From positions 51,724 through 115,723 of the forward strand of contig JAJCXN010000058.1 of the NCBI GenBank assembly GCA_029263415.1: a stretch of DNA of 64,000 nt, given 5' to 3'. A program made the translations under genes and the position numbers. Source of the DNA: Acidobacteriota bacterium. GTDB lineage: Bacteria > Acidobacteriota > Thermoanaerobaculia > Multivoradales > Multivoraceae. The notes beneath the pieces are model-generated. The model did no database searches. It saw nothing but the letters and a program-made list of their open reading frames with translations, and was not told where the DNA came from. Shown here piece by piece: positions 39,780-50,037 of the stretch (positions are counted from its first letter, which is position 1; each line of letters starts with the position of its first letter).

Positions 39780-41254
39780 CCTTCGAGGTTCAGCACACGC
39801 ACCGAGGCGCCGCCGAGTGCGGCTTCCACCCGCGCGCTAGCCTCGGTCGCGCTCGTATCCGGCACGCTGGCCTCAGACGCGCAGGCCTCAGATGTGCGGG
39901 CCTCAGACCCTCTGGCTCCAGAGGTGCCGCGCACCACGATCACCGATCGTCGCTGCTCAACACGATGGCGAGCCAGGGCCTCGAACCGGTCGAGATCGGC
40001 CGAACCTTCTCGTCCAGCATCGTTGTTCTCTCCGCTGTGACCGCCACCGAAGCAGAGCGCCACCACATCGAACTGATCCAACTGCTCGAAGGTCTCTTGT
40101 GTCGTCTTGGTATCAACACCCTGCTCGAGCCAAGCAAACGAGCGACCGGCAGCGATCGTCGCGTGGCCCAGTTCAATCGCCAGCGACCGTCGCTCACTCG
40201 CTTCGAACCCGTCGAGCACCAGACTCTCGCCCTCTTGCAGCGGTCGGCCACGTCGATAGCTCTTGACCAGCTTGCGCAGTACAACCGGCAGTTGCGCCGT
40301 CGGAGTTGCTGGAGCCGGTAAACCGGAGCGTTTGCGCCAGCGTTCCTTGGTCGAGTCCCAGCGATAGCGCTTGATCCTGATCCAGCGTTCGTGAACCCAG
40401 AACCAAAGCTCTGGTCGTGCCCTGATCCGCTCCTCGACCACCGCGTTGTAGCGACGGGTCATCTCCCTCACAGCCTCGGGGCCCTTGCCCAGCTCGGGGT
40501 CAGGCTCAATCGGTTCGAGATAGCTGATTCGGTAGCGGTCCTTGCCCAACGGCTCAGCGAAGTGGGGCAACACCGGGACACCGGTACGGATCGACATCGC
40601 CGCCATCATCGGCGACGTCCACGCGGGCACCCCCAGAAACGGCAGCAGAATCCCGTTCTCGGGCTGAACCCGTTGATCGGCAATAAACCCTGCGCGATCG
40701 CCTCGCTTGAGAGTCTTGAAAATCTTCAACGTCGCACCGCCGCTGAGCACCTGGATGAAACCGCGCTGCTCCCGCCAGGCGTCGGCTTCGGCCTGCATCA
40801 ACGGATTGGTGGTGCGCTTGGCAATCACTGTGACCGGCCGCAGGGCATCCTCATAGGGCATGAGGCCGGTCTCCCAAACACCATAGTGCGCTCCTAAGAT
40901 GATGAAACCCTTGCCTGAGGCGAGCACGCCTTCGATGTGCTCGCGTCCCTCGATCTCGAAGCAGTCTTGATGACGACTGGTATCGCGTGTCGACCACACC
41001 GCCGATTCGAGCAACGTCGCCCCGGTCCGTCGGTAGGCCTTGCGCGCCAGCCGGTGCTTCTCGCGACGACTCAACTCCGGAAACACGAGACCAAGATTGC
41101 GCAAAGCGTAGTGTCTGCGACGTAAGAAGCTGTAGTAGCTGAGTACCCCGCTGAAAGCGCCAAGCTTGCGAGCGGTTCCGATCGACAGCCGGCGCACGCA
41201 GGCCCTGATCAAGACGAAGAACCACAGTTCGATGCGATGAGTATTGAAGCGCAT
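39776..41254 (-). CDS. Lipid A biosynthesis lauroyl/myristoyl acyltransferase (LpxL/HtrB family) with a C-terminal extension of about 200 aa
   Basis: The N-terminal 290 aa show LpxL-like membrane anchor and HX4D-region architecture. The C-terminal extension is unassigned. Confidence 0.7.
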   Translation of the reverse strand: MRFNTHRIELWFFVLIRACVRRLSIGTARKLGAFSGVLSYYSFLRRRHYALRNLGLVFPELSRREKHRLARKAYRRTGATLLESAVWSTRDTSRHQDCFEIEGREHIEGVLASGKGFIILGAHYGVWETGLMPYEDALRPVTVIAKRTTNPLMQAEADAWREQRGFIQVLSGGATLKIFKTLKRGDRAGFIADQRVQPENGILLPFLGVPAWTSPMMAAMSIRTGVPVLPHFAEPLGKDRYRISYLEPIEPDPELGKGPEAVREMTRRYNAVVEERIRARPELWFWVHERWIRIKRYRWDSTKERWRKRSGLPAPATPTAQLPVVLRKLVKSYRRGRPLQEGESLVLDGFEASERRSLAIELGHATIAAGRSFAWLEQGVDTKTTQETFEQLDQFDVVALCFGGGHSGENNDAGREGSADLDRFEALARHRVEQRRSVIVVRGTSGARGSEARTSEACASEASVPDTSATEASARVEAALGGASVRVLNLEG

Positions 41255-41274
41255 ATTGGTCGGATCTAGGAGCG

Positions 41275-42300
41275 TTAGAGCGCGGGGCCCAGGCTGACGA
41301 TCTCACCCTCACTGGCGACCCTGAAACCGGCTGCCTCGAGCGTGCGACGCGCCTCGCTGTCTGGGCGCTGCGCGGGGTTGGTGTGGTTGAGGTGAATGAA
41401 GCGCACCCGCTCGCGCAGTGGCCGTGGCGCATCAGCTAAACGCTGCATGGTGTGAGAGATGAACGGGTGCGGGAAGCCTGACATGTCTCTACCGCCCACC
41501 TCACCGTCGGAGTAGAAGGTGGCGTCCACATAAGCAACATCGACACTGCCGAGCACCTGCTCTAAATCAACGCCCTGCGCTTCCCACTCATGCCATGAGT
41601 CGATGTCGGGCAAGAACAACACCGAGCGCGTAGGGCCTTCAATCCGGTAGCCGACCACTTCGCTGTACTCCTGGCGGTGCGGTACTACGAAGGGCACAAC
41701 GCGCAAGGTTGGCGTGAGCGCAACCGGCTGGTCGGCAGTCAATTCTTGAAGCCGGATGTTTTCGTAACGCACCAACTGATCCCATGGGCCATTGGTCTCG
41801 AGATAGTTGCGAAAGCGAGGCATGGCAAAGACGTCGACTCCGTTAGCACCCATCACCTCGTGCCCTAAGAATGCCAATCCTGAATAGTGGCCGAGGTGGG
41901 CATGGGTCAAGAAGATTCCGGTCAAGCCACCGTTGGGTGCGGCGCTTGCATCAGGCGAGAGCTGTCGCAATACCGGCAACTGCGTGCGCAGATCGGGGGT
42001 GGCATCGAACAGCCATCGCTTGCCGCTCTCGGGATCGATCAGACCAAGTGAAGTCACTTTGCGTGCCTGCGACGCGTCCTGCCAGGCCGGATGATCCCAC
42101 CCTCCGATCTGGGGAATGCCGCCATCCTGCGCGATCCCCAGCACCGCGATGTAGGGTGCCTGGTCGATTGTCACCGGGCCCGTCTCGCTCACCGACGCCT
42201 GCTCAACCTTCCCCCCTAGCTCAGAGGCTTCAGGCGACGCACACGCGGCGAACACCAGGGCCCCGGCAACAAGAAAACCGCGAAGCAACCATCTCGACAT
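41275..42300 (-). CDS. MBL-fold metallo-hydrolase (PqqB-like), lipoprotein
   Basis: HxHxDH-like motif (FLTHAHLGHYSG) and a lipobox (FAACAS). The start is taken at MSRWLLRGF (ATG 42300). The longer ORF 5' extension would overlap the divergent phoH-like promoter region. Confidence 0.7.
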   Translation of the reverse strand: MSRWLLRGFLVAGALVFAACASPEASELGGKVEQASVSETGPVTIDQAPYIAVLGIAQDGGIPQIGGWDHPAWQDASQARKVTSLGLIDPESGKRWLFDATPDLRTQLPVLRQLSPDASAAPNGGLTGIFLTHAHLGHYSGLAFLGHEVMGANGVDVFAMPRFRNYLETNGPWDQLVRYENIRLQELTADQPVALTPTLRVVPFVVPHRQEYSEVVGYRIEGPTRSVLFLPDIDSWHEWEAQGVDLEQVLGSVDVAYVDATFYSDGEVGGRDMSGFPHPFISHTMQRLADAPRPLRERVRFIHLNHTNPAQRPDSEARRTLEAAGFRVASEGEIVSLGPAL

Positions 42301-42325
42301 ACCGTTCCTCAATCCTTCCGCTACG

Positions 42326-43810
42326 ATGAACGTCTTGAGTGACGCACCCGTCCCCTTCGATACCGATTCTCTTGTTGGCCCTATGGAGAGCCCCTCGCAC
42401 TCCGCTGAGCACAACCGCGCGGGCGCTGCTGCCGCCAGCGCCGATTCGAACGCCGCGGAACCCTCCGCAGCGAAGAAGATCTTCGTTCTAGACACGTCTG
42501 TCATTCTGTACGACGTTGGCGTTCTGGATCGATTGCAAGAGCACGATGTTGCCTTACCAATCACTGTGCTCGAAGAGCTCGATGGGTTCAAGAAGGGCAA
42601 CAATGTGCTCTCGCACAACGCCCGCGAGTTCGTTCGCCGGCTCGACGTCATCTCCGGCAACCACGACCTGCGCGGTTGGTTGCCGCTTAACGGACCGGAG
42701 CGCGGCAGCCTGTGCGTGGTCTCGGACCACGGCGCATCCGAGCAGCAGCTGACCGGTCTCACTGCGCGCAGCAACGATCACCGAATCCTAGGTGCAGCAC
42801 TCGGGCTCAGCGAGCGCTATCCCGAGCGCCCGGTGATTCTGATCACAAAAGACATCAACCTACGGGTCAAGGCTCGAGCGCTTGGCCTGAAGGCCGAGGA
42901 CTACGAGAGCGTCCAGGTCAAGAATGTCGACAACCTTTACTCCGGCGTTTCCACGCGCAAGGTCAGCGAGGAGCTGCTCAGCCGGCTCTATGCTGACCAC
43001 TCCTTCCCGCGCAATGCGCTGCCGCCCACCGAGGCCGACCCAGACGGCAGCGAGGCCGAGGAATTCCCAGCCAACCACTTCCTGATTCTCAAATCACGCT
43101 CGGGATCGGCGCTCGCTGCGTGCGGGCGCAACGGCCAGGTTGAGCTGCTGCACAAGCAACCGGCCTACGGCATCATGCCGCGCAACGCCGAGCAAGTGTT
43201 TGCACTTCAAGCCGTGCTCGACGACGCACTCCCGCTGGTTACCCTCACTGGCAGCGCAGGCACCGGCAAGACCCTGTTGGCCCTTGCAGGTGCTCTGGAG
43301 CGGCGCAGCACCTATCGGCAGATTCTTTTAGCCCGCCCAGTCGTGCCGCTGTCCAATCGCGACTTGGGCTACCTACCAGGAGACGTGGACTCCAAAATCT
43401 CGCCATACATGCAGCCACTGTGGGACAACCTTGGAGTGATTCGTGGCGCTTTCAAGGAGGACGCTCGCGAAGCTCGTCGCCTGGACGAGATGACCGAGCT
43501 CGGCAAACTCCTGATCACACCACTCGCCTACATCCGTGGTCGTTCATTGTCGCGATCGTTGTTCATCGTCGATGAAGCGCAGAACCTTACGCCTCACGAG
43601 ATCAAGACCGTGATCACCCGCGCGGGCGAAGGCACCAAAGTGATTTTCACTGGCGACATCTTCCAGATCGACTCGCCCTACCTCGACGCACAGAGCAACG
43701 GACTGTCCTACCTGGTCGATCGCATGAAGGGCAACGCGCTCTATGCTCACGTCAATCTGACCAAAGGCGAGCGATCTGAACTGGCAAACCTCGCGAGCGA
43801 TCTGCTCTAA
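42326..43810 (+). CDS. PhoH-like ATPase with an N-terminal PIN domain (PhoH2/YlaK type)
   Basis: PIN domain (FVLDTSVILYD...) followed by a PhoH P-loop (LTGSAGTGKT). Confidence 0.85.
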   Translation: MNVLSDAPVPFDTDSLVGPMESPSHSAEHNRAGAAAASADSNAAEPSAAKKIFVLDTSVILYDVGVLDRLQEHDVALPITVLEELDGFKKGNNVLSHNAREFVRRLDVISGNHDLRGWLPLNGPERGSLCVVSDHGASEQQLTGLTARSNDHRILGAALGLSERYPERPVILITKDINLRVKARALGLKAEDYESVQVKNVDNLYSGVSTRKVSEELLSRLYADHSFPRNALPPTEADPDGSEAEEFPANHFLILKSRSGSALAACGRNGQVELLHKQPAYGIMPRNAEQVFALQAVLDDALPLVTLTGSAGTGKTLLALAGALERRSTYRQILLARPVVPLSNRDLGYLPGDVDSKISPYMQPLWDNLGVIRGAFKEDAREARRLDEMTELGKLLITPLAYIRGRSLSRSLFIVDEAQNLTPHEIKTVITRAGEGTKVIFTGDIFQIDSPYLDAQSNGLSYLVDRMKGNALYAHVNLTKGERSELANLASDLL

Positions 43811-43961
43811 GCTTTTCGGCTCGATTCAGTCGTTGGCACATTGCAGCGCAGGCAGGTTGAAGCTAGCCCCTGGCCCGTCGCGGATAAACTCCCAGCACTT
43901 AAGCCCTCGCGGGCTCCTTGTGGAGGACCTGCTTCACTGACACAACTCGAGAGACACCGCT

Positions 43962-44447
43962 ATGCCTTCGTTCGATATCGCAATGGAAACCGACCTTCAA
44001 GAGGCGGACAACGCCATCAATCAAGCACGCAAGGAAATCGCCCAACGTTTCGACTTCCGCGGCAGCAAGTCAGAAATCGACTGGGACAAAAAGGAGTCCA
44101 TCGGCCTCTTGAGTGAAGAGGACAAGCTCGACGCGCTATTCGATGTGGTCCAAAGCAAACTGATCAAGCGCGGCGTCTCCATTCGCAACTTGGAGGTGGG
44201 TACCAAGACGCCGGCCGCGGACGGCATGTTCCGCAAAGCGATCACGCTCAAGACCGGGATCCCCAAGGAAACCGCCAAGGAGATCGTCAAGGCAATCAAA
44301 CAGGCCAAGCTCAAAGTGCAAGCTCAGATTCAAGAAGAGCAGGTGCGCGTGACCGGCAAGAAGCGTGACGACCTGCAACAGGTCATCACCTTGGTCAAAG
44401 GTGGCAAGTTCGACTACGACTTCAAGTACACCAACTTCCGCGACTAG
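43962..44447 (+). CDS. yajQ: YajQ-family (UPF0234) nucleotide / c-di-GMP-binding protein
   Basis: 161-aa product with YajQ-type sequence (MPSFDIAMETDLQEADNAINQARKEI...). Confidence 0.85.
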   Translation: MPSFDIAMETDLQEADNAINQARKEIAQRFDFRGSKSEIDWDKKESIGLLSEEDKLDALFDVVQSKLIKRGVSIRNLEVGTKTPAADGMFRKAITLKTGIPKETAKEIVKAIKQAKLKVQAQIQEEQVRVTGKKRDDLQQVITLVKGGKFDYDFKYTNFRD

Positions 44448-44601
44448 GTCGACGGCCCTACGCTCTCGGTAGGTTTGGTGTCGGCTTGGTGGCTTTCGGC
44501 TGGGCGGTTTACGGCTGGGCGGTTACCACTGCCCGGCTTTCGGCAGGGCCACCCTCGGCTGGCAGCTCTCCGCGGAGTGCGGCCTCAGCCGACGCCACCC
44601 A

Positions 44602-45207
44602 CTAGCGCGCAAGTACCGGGCACGCGACGCTCGGACCTTCCCTCCACAGACCTAGATCGCGCTCCTGAGCGCGCTCTTGCATGCGCTTGAGGTGTTCGAA
44701 GGTCATGCCTGGAGCAGGGCAGTAGCGCGCGAGGCCGCGCTTCACCAGTTCGACCCCGACCTGCGAGAACGCTCTGTGAAGTGGTCGCGCGGTATCCGGA
44801 AGCACGCCCTGAGACCCAGGCTTCCCCTCGCGCTTGTGCTCGCGACTGTGCTCGCGAAACGCGAACTGCACCTTGCGGCCTACCAAGGACCTCAGATAGC
44901 GGCGTGCGTTGGCCCCAACGATCGAGCCTTCACCCGGGATCGCCAGTGGCCAGAGTTCGATGGTGCGCTGGCCCTCTTCGGTCTCGACCAAGAGCGACGC
45001 ATCTGCACCAACGTCAAGGATGTACCACGAGTACACCGTCTCGGCGATGTTGAGCGGCCCGAAGGCGAGATCGAGCGGACGATTGGTGCTCAGGTCGGTT
45101 GGCGACTGTCTATTCTGCTGAGCGTGTGCCAACGACGGCATCCAAAGCACGGCGGCCAACAGCATCGCCGCCAACAGCCTGGCGACCAACAGCAACGCCG
45201 TGTGCAT
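44602..45207 (-). CDS. Secreted hypothetical protein (signal peptide; possible SNase-like fold)
   Basis: An N-terminal signal (LLLVARLLAAMLLAAVLWMPSLAHA) is present. No confident family assignment. Confidence 0.45.
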   Translation of the reverse strand: MHTALLLVARLLAAMLLAAVLWMPSLAHAQQNRQSPTDLSTNRPLDLAFGPLNIAETVYSWYILDVGADASLLVETEEGQRTIELWPLAIPGEGSIVGANARRYLRSLVGRKVQFAFREHSREHKREGKPGSQGVLPDTARPLHRAFSQVGVELVKRGLARYCPAPGMTFEHLKRMQERAQERDLGLWREGPSVACPVLAR

Positions 45208-45239
45208 GAGGCCTCGCTCGCGCTCAACGGAGGCAGCCA

Positions 45240-45734
45240 TCAGAAGTCGTAGGGGCCAGCTTCAAGGATCGCCCGAGGCAACCAGGTCTCATGAATGTGC
45301 AGCCAACTGAGCGGTTCGGTGTCTTCGAACAGAACCGTTGCAACCCGGCCATTGTCAGGCGGCTCGGAGGCAAGAGCGTTGCGCTGCCATTCCTCATAAG
45401 TCGCGAGAATCACATCGGGACCTTGCCGTTGCTGCAAGATGCGTTGCACGTCGACGTTACGGATCGCCACCCTAAAAGAGGGATTGCTGTCATGCGCACC
45501 AAGAACCCCGCTGGTGAACGCCTCCTTGGTGAGGGTCGCGCCTGACGGCGGAATCAAGAGCGCGCCTGAATCGAATCGCTCCAAGAAATCCGGGCCAAAC
45601 GCCGTCTGCTTGAGCGCCCCCGTGAACCACCCCACTAAGAACTCATGAAGCCGTTCGATCTCTGTACGCACCCTTGCGGTCGTGGCGTCGCTCACTGTTC
45701 CACCTTCGTGTTCGCCATCAGCTGCGCGACTCAA
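45240..45734 (-). CDS. Hypothetical protein (NTF2/SnoaL-like size and composition)
   Basis: 164-aa ORF co-oriented with, and overlapping by 4 nt, the upstream small ORF. Confidence 0.45.
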   Translation of the reverse strand: MSRAADGEHEGGTVSDATTARVRTEIERLHEFLVGWFTGALKQTAFGPDFLERFDSGALLIPPSGATLTKEAFTSGVLGAHDSNPSFRVAIRNVDVQRILQQRQGPDVILATYEEWQRNALASEPPDNGRVATVLFEDTEPLSWLHIHETWLPRAILEAGPYDF

Positions 45735-45991
45735 AAGAGGCTCGTGGCAATCTCTTCATCGGACGGCTCATAGGACTCCACCTCGCGTTCGCCGTCGGTC
45801 ACTTTCAGTCGCGCCTCTTCGGCCGCGACTTTCTCTTCGTCGGTGCGAACTGCAAGAACACGCGCGGCCAAAGCACGTTCTTCCCGTTCGGCTTTCATCG
45901 CCCGCACTAGTTCTTCAGGACCACCCGCCCACAGGCCGCTAGTAGCTGGCGCGAGCGGTTTCTGGATTGTTCTACCGGTGTCTTGATCCAA
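45731..45991 (-). CDS. Small acidic hypothetical protein
   Basis: 86 aa. ATGA overlap with the downstream gene. Confidence 0.35.
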   Translation of the reverse strand: MDQDTGRTIQKPLAPATSGLWAGGPEELVRAMKAEREERALAARVLAVRTDEEKVAAEEARLKVTDGEREVESYEPSDEEIATSLF

Positions 45992-46016
45992 CAGGGAGGG
46001 CCTTTCGTTCTTTCAG

Positions 46017-46835
46017 TCAGTCTCTCACCAGGGTATCGCCCTTTGGGTTATGCGCAATACAGCAACACACGCGCGACACCGGTTGATGGTCGAGGTTTAC
46101 CAAACAGTCTAGAAACTCTGCGCGGACGCGATCGAACTTGCTGCCTAGAAACTCCTGCAAAGAGGTCAAGCGCTCGAAGCGGCGGCGCCAGGCTCTCACT
46201 ACACCTTCTCTAGCAGGTCCGGCAAACGAGAACTCGCCATCGTTCAGATCGAACTCGGCAAAGATGTCCAGACCCGCCGAGCGCGCGTGCCGCCCGAGTT
46301 TCCGGCCCATGCGAAAGTCATAGCGTCCGGCGGCGACTGCCTCTTCGATGTACCCATCCAGCAGCGCGATCGTCTCCACGCCAAGCGGACGATGGCCAAA
46401 CAAGTCGTCCACCTCGACCAGCGCGAGCCAACCAGCGGGTGCGAGGCAAGCACGCCACGCGGCAAGTACGGGAGCAAGATCTGGAGCGTAGGCGGCGGAA
46501 AAACCCGACCAGACTCCATCCACCGACGCCCCTCCGTTGGTAGCGACCTCGATCACTCGGTCGAGATCGTCCCGATCACGGAAGTCTGCCGCCTGGAACG
46601 TTGCGCGCGGGATCCGTTTGGCGCGAGCAACCTCCAACAACTCCGTATTCGAGTCAACGCCTACCACCCTTGCGCCTCGGCGCGCCAGCTCTTCTGCAAC
46701 ATCACCAGCTCCGCATCCGAGGTCGAGCACGGTCGCGCCTTCCATCGAGGGCAGCGCATCCATCGCGGCGCTCCAGTCGCGCCATTGCACCTGTAGGCGA
46801 TATTCCTCCGCAAGAGCAATCAACGCGACTTGAAC
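46017..46835 (-). CDS. Class I SAM-dependent methyltransferase
   Basis: Motif I is present (VLDLGCGAGDVAEELARRGARVVGVD). The start is uncertain because the long ORF overlaps the upstream membrane-protein gene. Confidence 0.65.
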   Translation of the reverse strand, partial: VQVALIALAEEYRLQVQWRDWSAAMDALPSMEGATVLDLGCGAGDVAEELARRGARVVGVDSNTELLEVARAKRIPRATFQAADFRDRDDLDRVIEVATNGGASVDGVWSGFSAAYAPDLAPVLAAWRACLAPAGWLALVEVDDLFGHRPLGVETIALLDGYIEEAVAAGRYDFRMGRKLGRHARSAGLDIFAEFDLNDGEFSFAGPAREGVVRAWRRRFERLTSLQEFLGSKFDRVRAEFLDCLVNLDHQPVSRVCCCIAHNPKGDTLVRD

Positions 46836-47200
46836 CAAGCTACCAGCGCGAACGCCAGGCCCGCCAACTCCGCTGCATGAAGCATCAATCCAACGGTCGA
46901 CGGCACGCCCGAGACAACGACGCTCACACAACGCGCGAACGCCAAACCGCCGTATAGAGCGATCGCTCCAACTAAGCCGATCCGAGCCAGATCCGGTCGC
47001 CACGCCGCGGCTACCAGCAACCCCCCGCACCCCAATTGAAGACCTCCGTACACCGCTCGAACATCAGCGAACGCGGTGGCGTCGGCGAGCGACAGGCCCA
47101 CCAGTCCGGCCGAAGTTTCCGGCGCCACCATGAACGCAACGCCCACTCCTAGAAACGGAAGTGCCAGGATAACGAGAACCCAACGGCTCAAGGACCCCAT
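46820..47200 (-). CDS. Small membrane protein (3-4 TM)
   Basis: MGSLSRWVLVILALPFLGVGVAFMV... is hydrophobic throughout. Confidence 0.5.
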   Translation of the reverse strand: MGSLSRWVLVILALPFLGVGVAFMVAPETSAGLVGLSLADATAFADVRAVYGGLQLGCGGLLVAAAWRPDLARIGLVGAIALYGGLAFARCVSVVVSGVPSTVGLMLHAAELAGLAFALVAWFKSR

Positions 47201-47240
47201 TGCAGCGCCGCGTGTCCGTGCAGCCTTGCCACTCACAGCG

Positions 47241-47564
47241 CTAGCCGGTCTGCCAAAGGTTGAAGCGCACCCCGAACGGGTCCCCGACCACACACGCCCT
47301 GCCTGCACCCTCCCACAGAATGACTCCGCAAGCACGTTCCTCTAGATACACACGCGCCGCTTCAACGTCTTCGACCTCAAGCTCCAAGACAAGCCCTTCG
47401 CCCACCTTGCGCTCATCCACATACATCATCAACGGCGACGCATCGAGCCAACCCACACCGTCGCGCTTGATCTCGGCAAACCCCAGCACGTCTCGATAGA
47501 ACGTCACCGCCTGCTTTCGGTCCGCTGACTGCACGGCGACCTGATGGCTTAGCTTGAAATGCAT
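47241..47564 (-). CDS. VOC-family (glyoxalase/bleomycin-resistance fold) protein
   Basis: The VOC beta-alpha-beta-beta-beta pattern is present (HQVAVQSADRKQAVTFYRDVLGF...). Confidence 0.7.
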   Translation of the reverse strand: MHFKLSHQVAVQSADRKQAVTFYRDVLGFAEIKRDGVGWLDASPLMMYVDERKVGEGLVLELEVEDVEAARVYLEERACGVILWEGAGRACVVGDPFGVRFNLWQTG

Positions 47565-47595
47565 CGACGGGCTCCCACAAGCATGCTCGGTGGAT

Positions 47596-49137
47596 CTACT
47601 GACAGGTGAACGACTCCGGATCGTTGGCATCTTGACCAGTGAAGACGGCGTTGGTCGGCCAAGCACACAAGCGGCGAGCGCGGTCCTTGGTGAACGACGC
47701 CTTCAACTGTACGGGGGCCTTGCCGGTGGTGTGCCACTGATCGAGCGCATCGAGCCAATCGACTTGGCTCGGCCCCTTACCGCCAGCGCAATGCAAGACC
47801 CCCGGCATCAAGAACAGTTGGACATCGTCCATCGCTTGTGGAGACCGCGCCTTCACTGCTTCGACGTAGTCGATGGTGGCGTTCGCGCTCAAGGCCGCAT
47901 CTGACCAGCCGTGGTACATCAAAAGCTTGCCGCCTTGCGACCTGAACGCGTCAAGGTCCGGATTGTCAGCGTCGAGGATTGCACTGACGAAAGCTGAATC
48001 CTCGCGGTAGGTTGAGAAGTCGTAGTCGTTGTAGGACCAGTCGGCGTCGTGGTAGATGAAGTAGCGCATCATGCCGACGCCAAAGCCATAGGCCGCATTG
48101 GGCACGCCCTTACCCGCGCCATTCTCTCGGCCAACTAGCCACGAGCCCCACCCGTTCGAACCGATGTCTTCCGCACCAAACGGAAAACCCACGTAGAGCG
48201 GCTCTCCTGCAGCGTCAATCGGCCCACCGTAGATCGCCTGCACCGCCGACAGGTCGAACTTCGACAAGCAGCCTTCGGTCGCACCATCTCGGCACGCGAG
48301 CACTGCCGGGTCGAACTTGCAGCTCGGCGGATCATTCAAAATGCCATCAACGATCCCGTCTTCCGCGTCGCATTGCTCTTCGATTGCGGCACGCAACAAC
48401 TTGCGATCGTCCATCGACAGCGCGGGCTGACGGAGGTCGTTCGAGTCTGGGTACATGCGCTGCGTGATGTAGGTGAAACTCGAGCCGATGCCGCCGAAAC
48501 TCAAAGCGGGAGCGCCAGCAAGAATCGCGTCGAAGTCGTTTGGATAACGCTGCGCTTCTTGCAGAGCCTGGCGGCCTCCGTTCGAGCAGCCAGCAAAATA
48601 GTTCGCGTCTGCAGGTCGACCGTAGTGCTCCCGCACCAACGCCTTCGACACCACGGTGGTGCGGTGGATAGCGACGTGTGCGTAGTTGACAATCGCCTCT
48701 AGGTCATTCAGTGCCCAACTCCCGTCCAGGCCGTTGGCTTGGTGACCGGTGTCGGTCGCGGCGGTGGCGTACCCTTTCTGCAGCGCTCCGAGCGTCATCG
48801 CTTGGTTCGCGATCGCACCAGCGAAGCCTCCGCCCCCGCCCATTACGAACTTTCCGTTCCAAGCCTCGGGCAGCCACAAGCGGAAGTTGATGGTGCGGCC
48901 GATGAGGCCATCAACGACACAGTGCGCTGCGGGAGCAGTTGCGACCCGCGGATTCGACAGCACTACATCCGGCAGCTGGACCTTGCTCAGCGCAGCACAC
49001 ACATCGAGATCAGCGCTTGCTTTCTCACTGACAGCCGTCGCTACAGAAGAGAATGAAACCAACGCAAGTAGAGCGACCAGCCCGACCGACCTTCTCCATC
49101 TCACGGACCGCAGGTTCTTCGGCAGTTGACTGAGCAT
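47596..49137 (-). CDS. Tannase / feruloyl-esterase family hydrolase, secreted
   Basis: Signal peptide, a GCSxGG nucleophile motif (FAGCSNGGRQAL), and a Cys-rich lid. Confidence 0.8.
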   Translation of the reverse strand: MLSQLPKNLRSVRWRRSVGLVALLALVSFSSVATAVSEKASADLDVCAALSKVQLPDVVLSNPRVATAPAAHCVVDGLIGRTINFRLWLPEAWNGKFVMGGGGGFAGAIANQAMTLGALQKGYATAATDTGHQANGLDGSWALNDLEAIVNYAHVAIHRTTVVSKALVREHYGRPADANYFAGCSNGGRQALQEAQRYPNDFDAILAGAPALSFGGIGSSFTYITQRMYPDSNDLRQPALSMDDRKLLRAAIEEQCDAEDGIVDGILNDPPSCKFDPAVLACRDGATEGCLSKFDLSAVQAIYGGPIDAAGEPLYVGFPFGAEDIGSNGWGSWLVGRENGAGKGVPNAAYGFGVGMMRYFIYHDADWSYNDYDFSTYREDSAFVSAILDADNPDLDAFRSQGGKLLMYHGWSDAALSANATIDYVEAVKARSPQAMDDVQLFLMPGVLHCAGGKGPSQVDWLDALDQWHTTGKAPVQLKASFTKDRARRLCAWPTNAVFTGQDANDPESFTCQ

Positions 49138-49167
49138 CCTCTATCTCCTCCAGAGCGTTGTTTGGTC

Positions 49168-49518
49168 CTATCGCGCGGGTTGTGCCTGCGCAATGCTGGA
49201 CTTCATAGCCAATGCGGCCATGCCCACCGGGAGCAGTGAAATCAGGCCAAAAGCGAGCTGTCCCGAAGCAACCAACATCATCGCCGATCCGAGGAACAGT
49301 GTCGCCACCACCCCCGCTCCGACGATCCTTGTACGGCGTACCAGCAACAGGATACCTCCAAGGAGCTGCGCGAAGCCAAACACCACAACGGCCTTCTCGC
49401 CAAGACCAAGGTCAGCAAAGAACCCGACCTCCTGGGGTGTGCGCATGAGTTTCGGGATGCCAGCGGTAAGCCCGAGCAGGGCCACCAAGACGAAGTTGAG
49501 CGTTTGTAGCGTTTTCAT
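49168..49518 (-). CDS. DoxX-family membrane protein
   Basis: 116 aa with 4 TM helices. DoxX-like. Confidence 0.7.
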   Translation of the reverse strand: MKTLQTLNFVLVALLGLTAGIPKLMRTPQEVGFFADLGLGEKAVVVFGFAQLLGGILLLVRRTRIVGAGVVATLFLGSAMMLVASGQLAFGLISLLPVGMAALAMKSSIAQAQPAR

Positions 49519-49563
49519 TGCCGGTAAGAGTCCCTTCGATTCAAAATCCTCTTCTGTTGTACG

Positions 49564-49577
49564 GATGACGCGTCATC
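49564..49577. promoter_or_regulatory. Perfect 14-bp palindrome GATGACGCGTCATC, 46 bp upstream of the doxX-like start
   Basis: A perfect dyad in the promoter region. Candidate dimeric-regulator operator. Confidence 0.3.
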
Positions 49578-50037
49578 ATCGTCGCTCGTTTCGATGCCGG
49601 AACCCAACACCGACGAAATCTCAGTAGCTCAGGAATCTGTGGCCAGCGGTTCCAAGCGCATCATCCTCCAAATGAGGGACCATCCGCCGTTGGTATCACC
49701 AGTGGTATCGACCGTTGGGCTCGCGACCTCCCTGGCGGTCTTGGGGTCCAGACGTTCATCCCGAGATACGAAAACTCTCCATGTCGTGAGCCAGCGCACC
49801 CTTAGCCCCAGCGCATCTCCTTCATGGGTCCGCGTCGCCGGGTTACGAGCCCGGCTCTCATGTTGAGAGAATGGTGTGGCCCATCACGACTCCTTGGACC
49901 CTGCACCCCGCGCGTGTCCGACCGGGCCTTTCGATATCGGTGACATAGGGTCCCTTTTGAGAACCCGGCTACCTTTGGTTCATGCCATCCCATCCCACAG
50001 GCGGTGCCGCCGTCTAGCAAACCGGAGATGACTGTTC

